Shown here in pieces: positions 9,707 to 19,359 of a stretch of 64,000 bases of DNA. A model generated the notes under the pieces. That model had not been told where the DNA came from, did no database searches, and saw only the letters and a list, made by a program, of their open reading frames with translations. The DNA comes from Bacteroidales bacterium (lineage in GTDB: Bacteria; Bacteroidota; Bacteroidia; Bacteroidales; WCHB1-69), in assembly GCA_045222555.1 (NCBI GenBank), contig JBGUYY010000086.1, forward strand, positions 46,390 through 110,389, given 5' to 3'. Made by a program: the position numbers and the translations under genes. Numbering within the stretch: the stretch's first letter is position 1; every line of letters begins with the position of its first letter.

Positions 9707-10495
9707 ATGAAAATCAAGGAAGTACTTTCCCACTTAGAGCAAAAATTCCCCCTCTCCTATCAGGAGGATTTTGACAATTGCGGCATACAATGCGGCGACA
9801 AGGAGCAGGAGGTTACTGGTGTGTTGGTCTGCTTTGAGATGTCGGATGCCACCATCAACGAAGCCATCCAACTCGGTGCCAATCTGGTGATTTCGCACCA
9901 TCCCCTGATTCTAAAGAAGGGCATCCAGAAGATAGAGCCCACCAACCGTGTGGGGCGCATTATCTGCAAGGCTCTGGAAAACAGAATGGTACTCTACTCG
10001 ATGCACACCAACCTCGACAGTGCGCCGGGCGGCATCAACGACCTGTTTGCTGCCAAACTGGGACTGAAAGAGGTGGAAGTGCTGAGTCCGTTGCCGACGG
10101 AGGAGACGGCCGTGGGATTAGGGCGCGTGGGTGTGCTGACGGAGGCCGTGCCAGCGGAGCAATTTCTGAAGCAGGTGAAAGAGACCTTCGGTGTGCAGGC
10201 CGTAAGGTACTATGGCGACCTGTCGAAGACCGTGCGGCGGGTGGCCGTGTGCGGGGGCAGCGGCAGCTCCTTCATCTCCCTTGCATTGGCAGCCAAAGCC
10301 GACATCTACATCACCGGCGACATCAAATACCATGACTTCCACACCGCCGACCGCAGGATGCTGATTGCCGACATCGGGCATCTCGAAAGCGAGCAATTCG
10401 CAAAAGAAATTATTTATAACGAATTAAAAGAAAATTTTACTAATTTTGCCGTTTCATTTGCTGAAGTGGAAAAAATGAAAATTGATATCATATAA
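9707..10495 (+). CDS. Nif3-like dinuclear metal centre protein
   Basis: Start trimmed to MKIKEVLSHLEQKFP. Motifs DNCGIQCG, LVISHHPLI, MHTNLD and ITGDIKYH are typical of the NIF3/YbgI family. Confidence 0.88.
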   Translation: MKIKEVLSHLEQKFPLSYQEDFDNCGIQCGDKEQEVTGVLVCFEMSDATINEAIQLGANLVISHHPLILKKGIQKIEPTNRVGRIICKALENRMVLYSMHTNLDSAPGGINDLFAAKLGLKEVEVLSPLPTEETAVGLGRVGVLTEAVPAEQFLKQVKETFGVQAVRYYGDLSKTVRRVAVCGGSGSSFISLALAAKADIYITGDIKYHDFHTADRRMLIADIGHLESEQFAKEIIYNELKENFTNFAVSFAEVEKMKIDII

Positions 10496-10526
10496 TATTG
10501 TTAATCAAAATATTACAGAAAATAGT

Positions 10527-11417
10527 ATGGCAAAGAAGAAAGTAAACGAAGAAGCCGCAGCTCCCGAAGTTGTCGAAGTGGCCCGCCCTACAACCGACGC
10601 TAAAGAGATTATTATTGAGCGCAAAGAAGAAGAAACCGCTGAACAGCTCCAAGAAGAGCTGAGCATCGCCCAGAAACTGTTGTCGCTTTATTACCTCCAG
10701 CAGGTATGTTCCAAAATCGACAAGATTCTGGTGGAAAGAGGTGAACTTCCCAACGAAGTGCGCGACTTGGAGGATGCCCTCGAGGGACTGAAAACCCGTA
10801 TCGCCAAGTATCAGGCTGAAATCAAGGAGATCCAAGGGAAGATTGCTGGCGAAAATGCCAAAATTGCAGACGCACAAGCCCTCATCAAACGGTACACCGA
10901 GCAGCAGCAGAACGTGCGCAACAACCGTGAATATGAGTCACTGGCAAAGGAAATCGAATTCCAAACCCTTGAAATCCAACTTTCTGAGAAAAACAAAACC
11001 AAACACAACACCACTGTGGAGGTGAAGACCGAAGAGATCAAAGGTTTTGAGGAGAAGGTGAACGAATTGCAGGAAATTCTGAACCAGAAGAAGAGCGAGC
11101 TGAAAGGCATTCTCGCCGAAACCGAAGAGAAAGAGGCCGAGTTGCGCAAAGAAGCCGAAGGTTACAAAGCCAAAATCGAGCCGCGTCTGCTCACCGCTTT
11201 CGAACGCATCCGCAAGAACGCCCGCAACGGTCTTGCCATCGTGCAGATTGAACGTGACGCCTGCGGCGGTTGCTTCAGCACCATCCCCCCGCAACGCCAA
11301 CTCGATATCCGCCTTCACAAGAAAATCATCGTCTGCGAAGCCTGCGGCCGTATCTTCATCGACAAACAGTTGGTGGAAGAAAACGAGAACAAAGAAAACA
11401 CCGAAAACAAAGAATAG
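10527..11417 (+). CDS. coiled-coil protein with C4 zinc-ribbon (COG1579/DUF164-type)
   Basis: Start trimmed to MAKKKVNEE. A long coiled coil is followed by CGGC...17 aa...CEACGRI. This is the usual partner gene downstream of nif3. Confidence 0.8.
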   Translation: MAKKKVNEEAAAPEVVEVARPTTDAKEIIIERKEEETAEQLQEELSIAQKLLSLYYLQQVCSKIDKILVERGELPNEVRDLEDALEGLKTRIAKYQAEIKEIQGKIAGENAKIADAQALIKRYTEQQQNVRNNREYESLAKEIEFQTLEIQLSEKNKTKHNTTVEVKTEEIKGFEEKVNELQEILNQKKSELKGILAETEEKEAELRKEAEGYKAKIEPRLLTAFERIRKNARNGLAIVQIERDACGGCFSTIPPQRQLDIRLHKKIIVCEACGRIFIDKQLVEENENKENTENKE

Positions 11418-11440
11418 TCGTTTACGACAACACATACAAA

Positions 11441-11473
11441 AGACTTGCCGTCAATGGCGGCAAGTCTTTTTTT
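11441..11473 (+). terminator. Rho-independent terminator after the ftsX-to-zinc-ribbon operon
   Basis: Perfect 10-bp stem agacttgccg / cggcaagtct with a 7-nt loop, followed by T7. Confidence 0.8.
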
Positions 11474-11507
11474 GCTTCACGCTTGCTGTACTATTGAAAA
11501 AATAGTG

Positions 11508-11515
11508 TAAATTTG
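11508..11515 (+). promoter_or_regulatory. Bacteroidetes -7 promoter element (TAnnTTTG)
   Basis: TAAATTTG, 20 nt upstream of the GTG start at 11536 and just after the terminator at 11441..11473. Confidence 0.55.
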
Positions 11516-11535
11516 TCGCTCAAAAATTCCTGTCA

Positions 11536-13455
11536 GTGAGCATCAAGGATTCCATCAAACTTCGGCTGAAAAAACTCAAGTATCAGATTCTCTACCCGAG
11601 GAGTGTGTTCGAGTATGAGGTGGCCGAGATACGGATTTCCAACGAGAACATCCGCCGCTACAAGTTCCAGCATCTCAAGAAAGATTTCTTCTCCATCTCC
11701 ATCAAAGGCAAAGACGACGTATTCAAATATTTATACTACCTGCTGACTCTTGTATTGCTGATTGCGCTGCCCATTATCGGAGTGAAAAACGGCATCTCCG
11801 ACAAAGAGATCGAACAGCACCATCGCGCGGAGCTGCTATATCAGTATTATGCCGACGATAATCCTGAAATCCTGCAATACTCCAATGCCCAGACACAGAC
11901 GCAAATTGTTGATTTTCTGTGCTATTGCACTACCAAATGGCTTCACATCAATAGTGTTTACGATTTCCGGCATGTGATAGGGGCGCTCTTTGCATGGCTC
12001 ATTATCGTGGTGATGGGCTCGTTCCTGATGAACCTGTTCAGCTGGCGGGCCGCCTTTTTCGGCGGGCTGATGCTCGCCTTGTCGCCCCACTTTTTCGGAC
12101 AGTCGTTCGGCAACCTCGCCGACATCTCCTTCACTTTCTTCTACCTTCTCGCCGTCCACCAGATCTTCATCCTGATTGGTGAACTGCCCATTCTGAAATG
12201 GAAGCGACTGGTATTTATCGTCCTGAGCATCGCTATGGCCAATGCCATCCATGTTGGTGGATTCGTTCTGTTGCACTACCTCCTCATCAGTGTCACCCTC
12301 TCCTTCATCCTCGCCAATCCCATCTCTAAATTCTTTACTAAAAGCTATTTCCGTAATTTTGGGAAACTCCTGCTCATCATGATTTGCGTGGTGGCGACCG
12401 TCTATGTGCTTTATCTGCTCTGTCCACTGCAAGGCATCGGCTCCATCGCACTGTTCCCCAGCACAGGCATCCTGAAGATGGCACAGCACCAGCCCATCAC
12501 ACAACTCCTGTGGGGAGGACAACTGGTGTCCACGCACGACCTGACGGTAGGCTTCATCCTGCAAAGAATGCAGTTCACCGTGCCATTGCTGGTAATTATC
12601 GGTGCACTGGTGCATCTGACTGTAGTAAAGCAGATTGTGAAGAAGATCCATTTCACCAACATCATCATCTTGCTGTTAGCTACACTGCATCCGTTGTGGA
12701 CGCTGCGCGGGGAGACCTGCGAAATCTATGACGGCTGGGCCATCTACCTGATGATCTATCCCTTCATTGTGATGTTTGCCGCCGCAGGATACGAGGGAAT
12801 TTTGCGCAAAATCGATGACAAATACACCAACTTCGTGATTGTGAGCCTTGTTTTCCTGCTCTGCCTGATGCCGCTGCGCCACATTTTCTTCCATTATAAA
12901 ACCCTAGAGGTCTATTTCAATGAACTTTCGGGCGGTATTACCAACGCCTACGGAAAGTATGCTATTGACGAAGGGGAGAATGCCAACCGTGCGGCCTGCT
13001 TATGGCTTATTGAAAATGCCCCCATCCACCACGACACCGCTACCATCAAGGTTTTCACCGACGGCAATCCGGGCTGCGACTACTATTTCCGCAAACACGC
13101 CGACCTTTTTACCCTCACACACGGCTCCTTGCAGAAAAACGACACCACACAATGGGACTACTTCATCTCCTTCGCTAACGCAGTACCCTCATCACAACTT
13201 CTGAACAAAAAATGGGAGAACCGCAAAGCCATAAAGAAAATTTATGTGGAGAACAAACCCATTGCCATTATCCTCCGCAAACCAAGAGCTCCCAAACCCA
13301 TCGACACCACCTCCACCACACCGCCGGAGATAATACCCATCAAAATGCCCACTCATACCACTCCCCCCGCCCCTGTTTCTGTCCCCAATAATATTTTCGA
13401 CGAACCCGAGGAAATTTCCACCGATTCTGAAGAAGAAAACATAATATCAGAATGA
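11536..13455 (+). CDS. polytopic membrane protein, GT-C fold / PMT_2 (GT39/ArnT-like) lipid-carrier-dependent glycosyltransferase candidate
   Basis: GTG start 20 nt after a TAAATTTG -7 box. I count about 11 hydrophobic segments. The soluble C-terminal part contains YFNELSGGITNAYGKYAIDEGENANRAACLWL, which resembles the Y-x-N-x-L-GG...(a)a-x-WL block of PMT_2 proteins (from memory). It ends in a Pro/Thr-rich acidic tail. Confidence 0.55.
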   Translation: MSIKDSIKLRLKKLKYQILYPRSVFEYEVAEIRISNENIRRYKFQHLKKDFFSISIKGKDDVFKYLYYLLTLVLLIALPIIGVKNGISDKEIEQHHRAELLYQYYADDNPEILQYSNAQTQTQIVDFLCYCTTKWLHINSVYDFRHVIGALFAWLIIVVMGSFLMNLFSWRAAFFGGLMLALSPHFFGQSFGNLADISFTFFYLLAVHQIFILIGELPILKWKRLVFIVLSIAMANAIHVGGFVLLHYLLISVTLSFILANPISKFFTKSYFRNFGKLLLIMICVVATVYVLYLLCPLQGIGSIALFPSTGILKMAQHQPITQLLWGGQLVSTHDLTVGFILQRMQFTVPLLVIIGALVHLTVVKQIVKKIHFTNIIILLLATLHPLWTLRGETCEIYDGWAIYLMIYPFIVMFAAAGYEGILRKIDDKYTNFVIVSLVFLLCLMPLRHIFFHYKTLEVYFNELSGGITNAYGKYAIDEGENANRAACLWLIENAPIHHDTATIKVFTDGNPGCDYYFRKHADLFTLTHGSLQKNDTTQWDYFISFANAVPSSQLLNKKWENRKAIKKIYVENKPIAIILRKPRAPKPIDTTSTTPPEIIPIKMPTHTTPPAPVSVPNNIFDEPEEISTDSEEENIISE

Positions 13456-13473
13456 AAATCTCGTTGTATCAAC

Positions 13474-14394
13474 ATGAAAAAAATCCTACTGCTTTTCATA
13501 TTTCTTACAGGACTTTTCGCCGGCTGCCATAGAGAGGAGCTGAAGGTCGCCTATTTGAACTTCAGCGAGAACACCACTATCACTATGGATGTCAGCACGT
13601 TCAACCAAGAGCATGGCACCAACTACGATGCCAGCGAACTGGCCTCTATCGCTAACCAAAGATTTCCTGACCTCTGGGTATATGCCGATGGCGCCACCCT
13701 CGGCACATGGGAAATGCCCTGCAAAGTGCCCGTCATCTTCAACGACAGCACCACCTTCAACATCTACCCCGGAGTCAAGCTGAACGGTGTTTCCACCATG
13801 CGCCCACGCTACCCGTTTGTGAACGCCTACTCCATGACCACCTCCTTCCAGAACGGAGAAGTGTTGAATGTGGAGAACATCACCTTCAAGTACGCGCCCA
13901 CCACCCATTTTGAATTCATCGAAAATTTTACCAAAGACTATAACAGCGTTTTCCATCCATCTAAAGAAAACGGCATTAACTTCGAGCATATCGCCGACCC
14001 TGACCAGCCCATCAACCGCATCGGTCGGATCTCGTTGGATATCGATAGCATTAATGATTTCGATGTCATCTCCAACGATATGACTTTCGGCAACGTGCTT
14101 CCCGCCGACATTTTCCTTGAAATGGACTACCGCTGCGATGTGGAGGCCGCCGAGTTCACCGTTACCATGCTGGTGGACAAATCCACTACATCGGTCACTA
14201 CCTCCGAGCCACTTGTCATCGCCAATGCCGGTCCTGAATGGAAAAAAATCTACGTCAACCTCACCAAGTCGGTACACCGCAACTCGTTGAACGCCATCAA
14301 CTACCGCGTAAAATTATCGGGCGGACGCGACAACAGCAACCCCGTCCATTACTATTTCGATAATATCAAAGTCATCTACATCACCAGTTACTAA
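13474..14394 (+). CDS. hypothetical lipoprotein (beta-sandwich/CBM-like C-terminus)
   Basis: 306 aa. Lipobox LFAGC at residues 14-18. No family recognised. Starts 18 nt after the preceding gene. Confidence 0.6.
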   Translation: MKKILLLFIFLTGLFAGCHREELKVAYLNFSENTTITMDVSTFNQEHGTNYDASELASIANQRFPDLWVYADGATLGTWEMPCKVPVIFNDSTTFNIYPGVKLNGVSTMRPRYPFVNAYSMTTSFQNGEVLNVENITFKYAPTTHFEFIENFTKDYNSVFHPSKENGINFEHIADPDQPINRIGRISLDIDSINDFDVISNDMTFGNVLPADIFLEMDYRCDVEAAEFTVTMLVDKSTTSVTTSEPLVIANAGPEWKKIYVNLTKSVHRNSLNAINYRVKLSGGRDNSNPVHYYFDNIKVIYITSY

Positions 14395-14400
14395 TCCGCG

Positions 14401-15822
14401 ATGTCACACAGAAAACAAGTCATCTTCCTCTACCTGTTCTTCGATATTCTGGCCTCGATTATCACGTGGTGCTGCTTCTTTACTTTCCGAAAGTACAACG
14501 TGGACCACACCGTGCTCCAACATCTGCACGATGCTCTCCTCAACGACTACAAGTTTTACATCGGACTGGTGGCCTGCCCCCTCTACTGGGTGTTTTTGCA
14601 CGCCTTTGCCGGGTGTTACAACAAGATTTTCCAAAAATCACGACTTAAAGAATTAGGGAACACCCTGATTGTCACACTCATCGGCTGCCTGCTCTTTTTC
14701 TTTGCCTTCATCCTGGATGACCACGTCATTGTTCCGAACGACTACCTTCTTTACTTCTTGATACTGCTTGGCCTGCAGTTTATCACCACCTATATCCCCC
14801 GTGTATGCATCACCACGGACACCATCAACAAAATCCGTAGTGGCAAAATCAGTTTCCGTACGATCATCATCGGCAGCGACGAGGTGGCCGTACAGACCTA
14901 TAAGGACATTGTGGAACGGAACCCCAATGCGGGCAACTGCATCATCGGATATATCAAGATGGCAGATGAAGATTCAGATGTAATGGGGCAACTGCTGCCC
15001 TGCTGCGGAACCATTGACCAGCTGGCAGATATTGTTAAAAGTCAGAAAATTAAAGAGTTGGTTATCGCCGTACAAAACGGAAAACGAAAATACATCGAAT
15101 CTATCATCACAACGATCATAGATTTTGATGTCAACCTGAAAATCATACCTCAGATGCAGGATCTGTTGATGGGTACGGTAAAAGTCTCTTCTGTGCTCTA
15201 CGAACCTCTCATTTCTATCACACCCGACTATCTTCCCGACTGGCAGAAACACATGAAAAGGTTTTTCGACATTTTCCTCTCCCTCCTAGCGATCCTCATT
15301 CTGCTGCCGGTTTACCTTTTCCTCATCATTGGTGTGAAAAGTTCCTCAAAAGGCCCCGTCTTTTATCTCCAAGAACGCATTGGATTGCACGGCAAACCAT
15401 TCAAAATCATCAAGTTCCGCTCTATGATAGAGCATGCAGAGCAGAATACGCCGCAGCTTTCCAGTACCCACGACCCGCGCATCACACGATTCGGCAAATT
15501 CATGCGCAAGACCCGTCTCGACGAGACCCCACAGTTCTTTAATGTGCTGATTGGCGACATGTCGCTGGTCGGTCCGCGCCCCGAACGCCAGTATTACATC
15601 GACCAGATTGTGGAGAAGGCACCTTACTACAAACTGCTGTTCCGCATTCGTCCGGGCATCACCTCATGGGGCGAAGTGAAATTTGGCTACGCTGAGAATG
15701 TGGATGAGATGATTGAACGACTTCGCTGGGACATCCTTTACATTGAGAACATGTCGCTGCAGCTTGACCTCAAAATCCTTATTTACACTGTTTTAATTGT
15801 ATTAAAACGTGCTGGGAAATAG
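14401..15822 (+). CDS. polyprenyl-phosphate sugar phosphotransferase (WbaP/WcaJ-type, bacterial sugar transferase family)
   Basis: 473 aa with N-terminal TM segments. The C-terminal catalytic block is RIGLHGKPFKIIKFRSM...RLDETPQFFNVLIGDMSLVGPRPE. Confidence 0.88.
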   Translation: MSHRKQVIFLYLFFDILASIITWCCFFTFRKYNVDHTVLQHLHDALLNDYKFYIGLVACPLYWVFLHAFAGCYNKIFQKSRLKELGNTLIVTLIGCLLFFFAFILDDHVIVPNDYLLYFLILLGLQFITTYIPRVCITTDTINKIRSGKISFRTIIIGSDEVAVQTYKDIVERNPNAGNCIIGYIKMADEDSDVMGQLLPCCGTIDQLADIVKSQKIKELVIAVQNGKRKYIESIITTIIDFDVNLKIIPQMQDLLMGTVKVSSVLYEPLISITPDYLPDWQKHMKRFFDIFLSLLAILILLPVYLFLIIGVKSSSKGPVFYLQERIGLHGKPFKIIKFRSMIEHAEQNTPQLSSTHDPRITRFGKFMRKTRLDETPQFFNVLIGDMSLVGPRPERQYYIDQIVEKAPYYKLLFRIRPGITSWGEVKFGYAENVDEMIERLRWDILYIENMSLQLDLKILIYTVLIVLKRAGK

Positions 15823-17122
15823 TCCACACACACCTGCGGGCACATCCGATGTCCACCTCCACATTGCCATACCGGCCATGGACGAGCTGGCTTGGCTTCC
15901 CCGCACCCTCGACTGTATTGCACAGCAAAACACCCCCCATCCCTTCACCGTTTACCTCTGCATCAACCAACCCGACGAGTGGTGGGGCATGGCTGACAAA
16001 GTGGAAGTATGCCGTCACAACGCCGAGCTCCTGCACTGGTTGGAGGAGTACCGTACCCGCGCTCATTTTCCGATAGAGCTCATCGATCGTACCTCTGCCG
16101 GGCACGGATGGACCGGCAAGCGTCGCGGCGTCGGCTGGGCACGGAAAACCCTCTTCGACCGCATCCTGTCGGTGGCGGGCGAGCACGACCTCGTCGTCAG
16201 CATGGATGCCGACACAGAGTTCGGTCCCGACTACTTTGAATCGGTCGCCAACAATCTCGCCCGCCATCCCAAATGGGTCGCCCTGTCGGTCCCCTACTAC
16301 CACCGCCTCACCGGCGATGACGCGAAAGACCGTGCCATCCTGCGCTACGAGATCTATATGCGGCACTACGCGCTGGGAATGCTCAGCATCGACAGCCCAT
16401 ACTCCTTTACCGCCATCGGCAGTGCCATCGTGGTGAGGGCGACCTCACTGCGGAAGATCGGCGGCATCACACCCGTACAGAGCGGCGAAGATTTCTATCT
16501 GCTGCAGAAGCTCCGCAAGATGGGCGAGGTGGGCAGCTGGAACAAGGAGTGTGTCTATCCCGCCGCCAGGTTCTCCGACCGCGTCGCCTTCGGAACCGGT
16601 CCCGCCATGATGAAAGGGGCCGAAGGCAATTGGGACAGCTACCCACTCTATAGTCCGGCATCCTTCCAGAAAGTGGCCGACACCTATCGCCAAATCAACC
16701 GCCTCTACACGGAGGACATCGACAACGACTTCACCCGCTTCCTGCAGGCACAGTTCAAGACCGAGGATCTGTGGGGACCGCTGCGTGCCAATGCCCGCAC
16801 CATAGAACAATTCCGCCACAGCTTTCATGAGAAAGCCGACGGACTGCGCATCCTGCAATTCCTAAGACAAGAGCATCAGCAAGAATTAAAAAGAGAGTTC
16901 CCCGAAACCAACAGCACTTCAAAACTAAATACACTACTCATTACTAATATGGAACTACAGAACCCCAAGTTGGAAAACCAACAGGATAACGCCATTGAAA
17001 TCGAAGAGACTCTCCTTAACTGCTACGACACCCCATTAGACGAATGGTCCACCGAAAATCTCAGCAGACTGAGGGATGAACTGTTTCACCTTGAAATGGG
17101 AATCCGCAAACGGATGGTTTAG
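15809..17122 (+). CDS. glycosyltransferase family 2-like protein
   Basis: The GTG start overlaps the previous gene by 14 nt and is needed to include the first beta-strand, HLHIAIPAMDE. There is a DxD-type motif (VVSMDADTEF) and a long C-terminal extension. The exact start is uncertain. Confidence 0.7.
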   Translation: MLGNSPHTPAGTSDVHLHIAIPAMDELAWLPRTLDCIAQQNTPHPFTVYLCINQPDEWWGMADKVEVCRHNAELLHWLEEYRTRAHFPIELIDRTSAGHGWTGKRRGVGWARKTLFDRILSVAGEHDLVVSMDADTEFGPDYFESVANNLARHPKWVALSVPYYHRLTGDDAKDRAILRYEIYMRHYALGMLSIDSPYSFTAIGSAIVVRATSLRKIGGITPVQSGEDFYLLQKLRKMGEVGSWNKECVYPAARFSDRVAFGTGPAMMKGAEGNWDSYPLYSPASFQKVADTYRQINRLYTEDIDNDFTRFLQAQFKTEDLWGPLRANARTIEQFRHSFHEKADGLRILQFLRQEHQQELKREFPETNSTSKLNTLLITNMELQNPKLENQQDNAIEIEETLLNCYDTPLDEWSTENLSRLRDELFHLEMGIRKRMV

Positions 17123-17541
17123 AACGGCAAATCGTCGCCAGGTGTGGGCTCAGGATTGGAGAAACTGACCGGCTCGGCATTCTCCACCCGCTGCTCAGTG
17201 GACTTTCCATCACCACGCGAGCCCAGCATAGTGACCGTATCGGCAACGATTTCCGTAAAATACTTTTTCGCGCCATTTTCCTCCCATGAGCGGGTGCGAA
17301 TGCTCCCCTCTACATATAGAAGCTTGCCCTTCGTGAAATACTTTTCCGCAATATCAGCCAACGAACGCCAGCACGCAATGTTGTGCCATTCCGTGTACTC
17401 CTTGCGGTTCCCCTGCTTGTCTTTGTAGTTTTCAGACGTAGCCAGCGTAAAACTGACCTTCTTCATCCCGCCTTCAAAAACACGAACTTCAGGGTCTTTG
17501 CCCACATTTCCAATAAGAATAACTTTGTTAACTCCAGACAT
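17119..17541 (-). CDS. ssb: single-stranded DNA-binding protein
   Basis: 140 aa. OB-fold start MSGVNKVILIGNVGKDPEVR, the TEWHNI motif, and an acidic C-terminal tip DDLPF. Confidence 0.95.
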   Translation of the reverse strand: MSGVNKVILIGNVGKDPEVRVFEGGMKKVSFTLATSENYKDKQGNRKEYTEWHNIACWRSLADIAEKYFTKGKLLYVEGSIRTRSWEENGAKKYFTEIVADTVTMLGSRGDGKSTEQRVENAEPVSFSNPEPTPGDDLPF

Positions 17542-17576
17542 AATCGTTAGTTTTAGTTAGTAATAATTTGACGAGG

Positions 17577-17584
17577 CAAAGATA
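17577..17584 (-). promoter_or_regulatory. Bacteroidetes -7 promoter element (TAnnTTTG)
   Basis: TATCTTTG, 35 nt upstream of the ssb ATG. Confidence 0.5.
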
Positions 17585-17645
17585 TAATTATTTTGTTAAT
17601 TTCACAATTGTTTTTGAAAAATTTTTAAAATATTTATAACCTTCT

Positions 17646-18755
17646 CTATTTCTTTGGTTTATATCCTGATTTTTTTAACATTTCATTCATATCCTCCATT
17701 TTCATCATCTCCTGAAGCGAAATTTCCGGATGATTTTCCATAAAATTGCAAACAATTTTCCATCCAATGAATGCTCCCATCCTGCCCGGAGAACCCTTGA
17801 ATGGCTTGGTCTCTGGCGCCACATCAATCAGATGCTGTGCCACAGAAGCATCCTTGGAGTACACTAACTCATTTTCAATCAAGTAATTCCAAACATCTCC
17901 ATGATGCTGCTCTGCCCACTGCAATTGTTCAGCAGTATAAGCGAAAATATCCTCTATCGGACGATTGGGGAACAACATCTCCGTAAAATAGAGCACTTTA
18001 CCCGCTGCCAACATATTGTCCAACAACGTAATAGGCTCTTTATTGGGCAACTGCTCCCACACCAAAACATTACGGAAACAGTCGATGGCTAGAAAACGCT
18101 TGTCGCACTGGTAACGAATGTACTGCGGCAACGCACCATAATACTTATTGTCTTTCCCCAAATACCAATCCAAATGCAAGATCAACGTCATCTTTCCTTT
18201 CACTACCTGCCCTTCCACCAACTTGGTATAAGAATCTGCATCAATCCCGCCTACCACACTATATATTGTAGGCACCTGAATTTCAGGAAAATAATACCGA
18301 TAATAGGCCAAAGCATTCTTCAACTCCTCCTCCACATCTGTCATATCGGCATACTTCTGGTTGACATATTTATATAGTTCTACAAAATAAGGATCCGTGA
18401 GAAAATCCTTCATTTGCCAAGCCGCTTCCTGGTAGTGCCAAGCCGTAGAGTCGATGAAGATGTCGTGGTACTTCTTCCCCAGCTTACGAATTCCCTCCTG
18501 CAAGTGGTTGGTATCCAGATGATACACATCCTGATCGAAACGTATCACCTTCACATTGATATTCTTCGCAATCTCTTCTATTGTATCCTGCACGGCCTTC
18601 TCTTCCACCTGATACTTGCGCTGGTTGAGACCCTCATGCTCCACTTTCTTGTTACGGCTCATCAGCCAAAGGGTGAGCAGGACTGCCGCCACCAATACGA
18701 CAACCGCACCCAAAATCCAAAATAATTTCTTCTTATTCATTATTTTTCCATTCAA
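17646..18755 (-). CDS. gldB: gliding motility protein GldB-like
   Basis: 369 aa, with an alternative start MNKKKLF at 18740. The blocks VIRFDQDVY, ELYKYVNQKYADM...YYRYYFPEIQVPTIYSVVGG and HLDWYLGKDNKYY match my recollection of Flavobacterium GldB. The N-terminus is a TM anchor with no lipobox Cys. Confidence 0.65.
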   Translation of the reverse strand: MNGKIMNKKKLFWILGAVVVLVAAVLLTLWLMSRNKKVEHEGLNQRKYQVEEKAVQDTIEEIAKNINVKVIRFDQDVYHLDTNHLQEGIRKLGKKYHDIFIDSTAWHYQEAAWQMKDFLTDPYFVELYKYVNQKYADMTDVEEELKNALAYYRYYFPEIQVPTIYSVVGGIDADSYTKLVEGQVVKGKMTLILHLDWYLGKDNKYYGALPQYIRYQCDKRFLAIDCFRNVLVWEQLPNKEPITLLDNMLAAGKVLYFTEMLFPNRPIEDIFAYTAEQLQWAEQHHGDVWNYLIENELVYSKDASVAQHLIDVAPETKPFKGSPGRMGAFIGWKIVCNFMENHPEISLQEMMKMEDMNEMLKKSGYKPKK

Positions 18756-19338
18756 AAGTTTGAATCATGTGCAGGGCATCATCGCGAATAAAATCGATAA
18801 CCGGCTGCACCGAATCGTTGTTGGGGGTAAAGTGAAAATAAAGCGTGGCGCGCATGAAGTTATGCTCCTCATCGGTCATCCAATAGTGGAACGGGCAGGC
18901 CACCTCCTTACCATATATATCATAGAAAAGACCACTGACACGCTCCTTCGCCCCCAGCTCGCGAAAGTCGCGGGTGGTGACACCCGAAGCCTTCTGGTAG
19001 TGGTACTCCACAAAATCGCGGTCGGCGAGCATCAGGCGGGTAAGCGCAGTGCTGTCCTTCGCCCACTTGTACAACATCTCAATGGAGGCATTTTGTCGCG
19101 GATAATGGATGAGCACCCACGTGGCAGTGTCGGAAGATCGATCCACTTGATACTGTGCACTTTTGGAATACTCAAAAGTAAAGGGCAAAGCCGTCGTATC
19201 GAAAGTCTGATACTCACGCGACGGCAGTTCGAGGCGGAAATAGCCTACCGGTTTAGGCTGCTCCATATCATCACCTCCTGCATGGCATCCTGCAAAGAGC
19301 AACGCCGTCAGCATCCATAGAAAAAAATTTTTCTTCAT
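18733..19338 (-). CDS. gldD: gliding motility lipoprotein GldD
   Basis: 201 aa. Lipobox LFAGC, then KPVGYFRLELPSREY and MRATLYFHFTPNNDSVQPVIDFIRDDALHMIQTFEW, which are typical of GldD. Confidence 0.75.
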   Translation of the reverse strand: MKKNFFLWMLTALLFAGCHAGGDDMEQPKPVGYFRLELPSREYQTFDTTALPFTFEYSKSAQYQVDRSSDTATWVLIHYPRQNASIEMLYKWAKDSTALTRLMLADRDFVEYHYQKASGVTTRDFRELGAKERVSGLFYDIYGKEVACPFHYWMTDEEHNFMRATLYFHFTPNNDSVQPVIDFIRDDALHMIQTFEWKNNE

Positions 19339-19359
19339 TACAAAATGATTATCAATAAT

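Noticed and set aside
17119-17122. Overlapping stop codons of the convergent GT2 gene and ssb (ttag read on both strands), with no terminator between them.
   Set aside because: This is real but trivial. Such compact convergent junctions are common and imply nothing specific beyond possible read-through.
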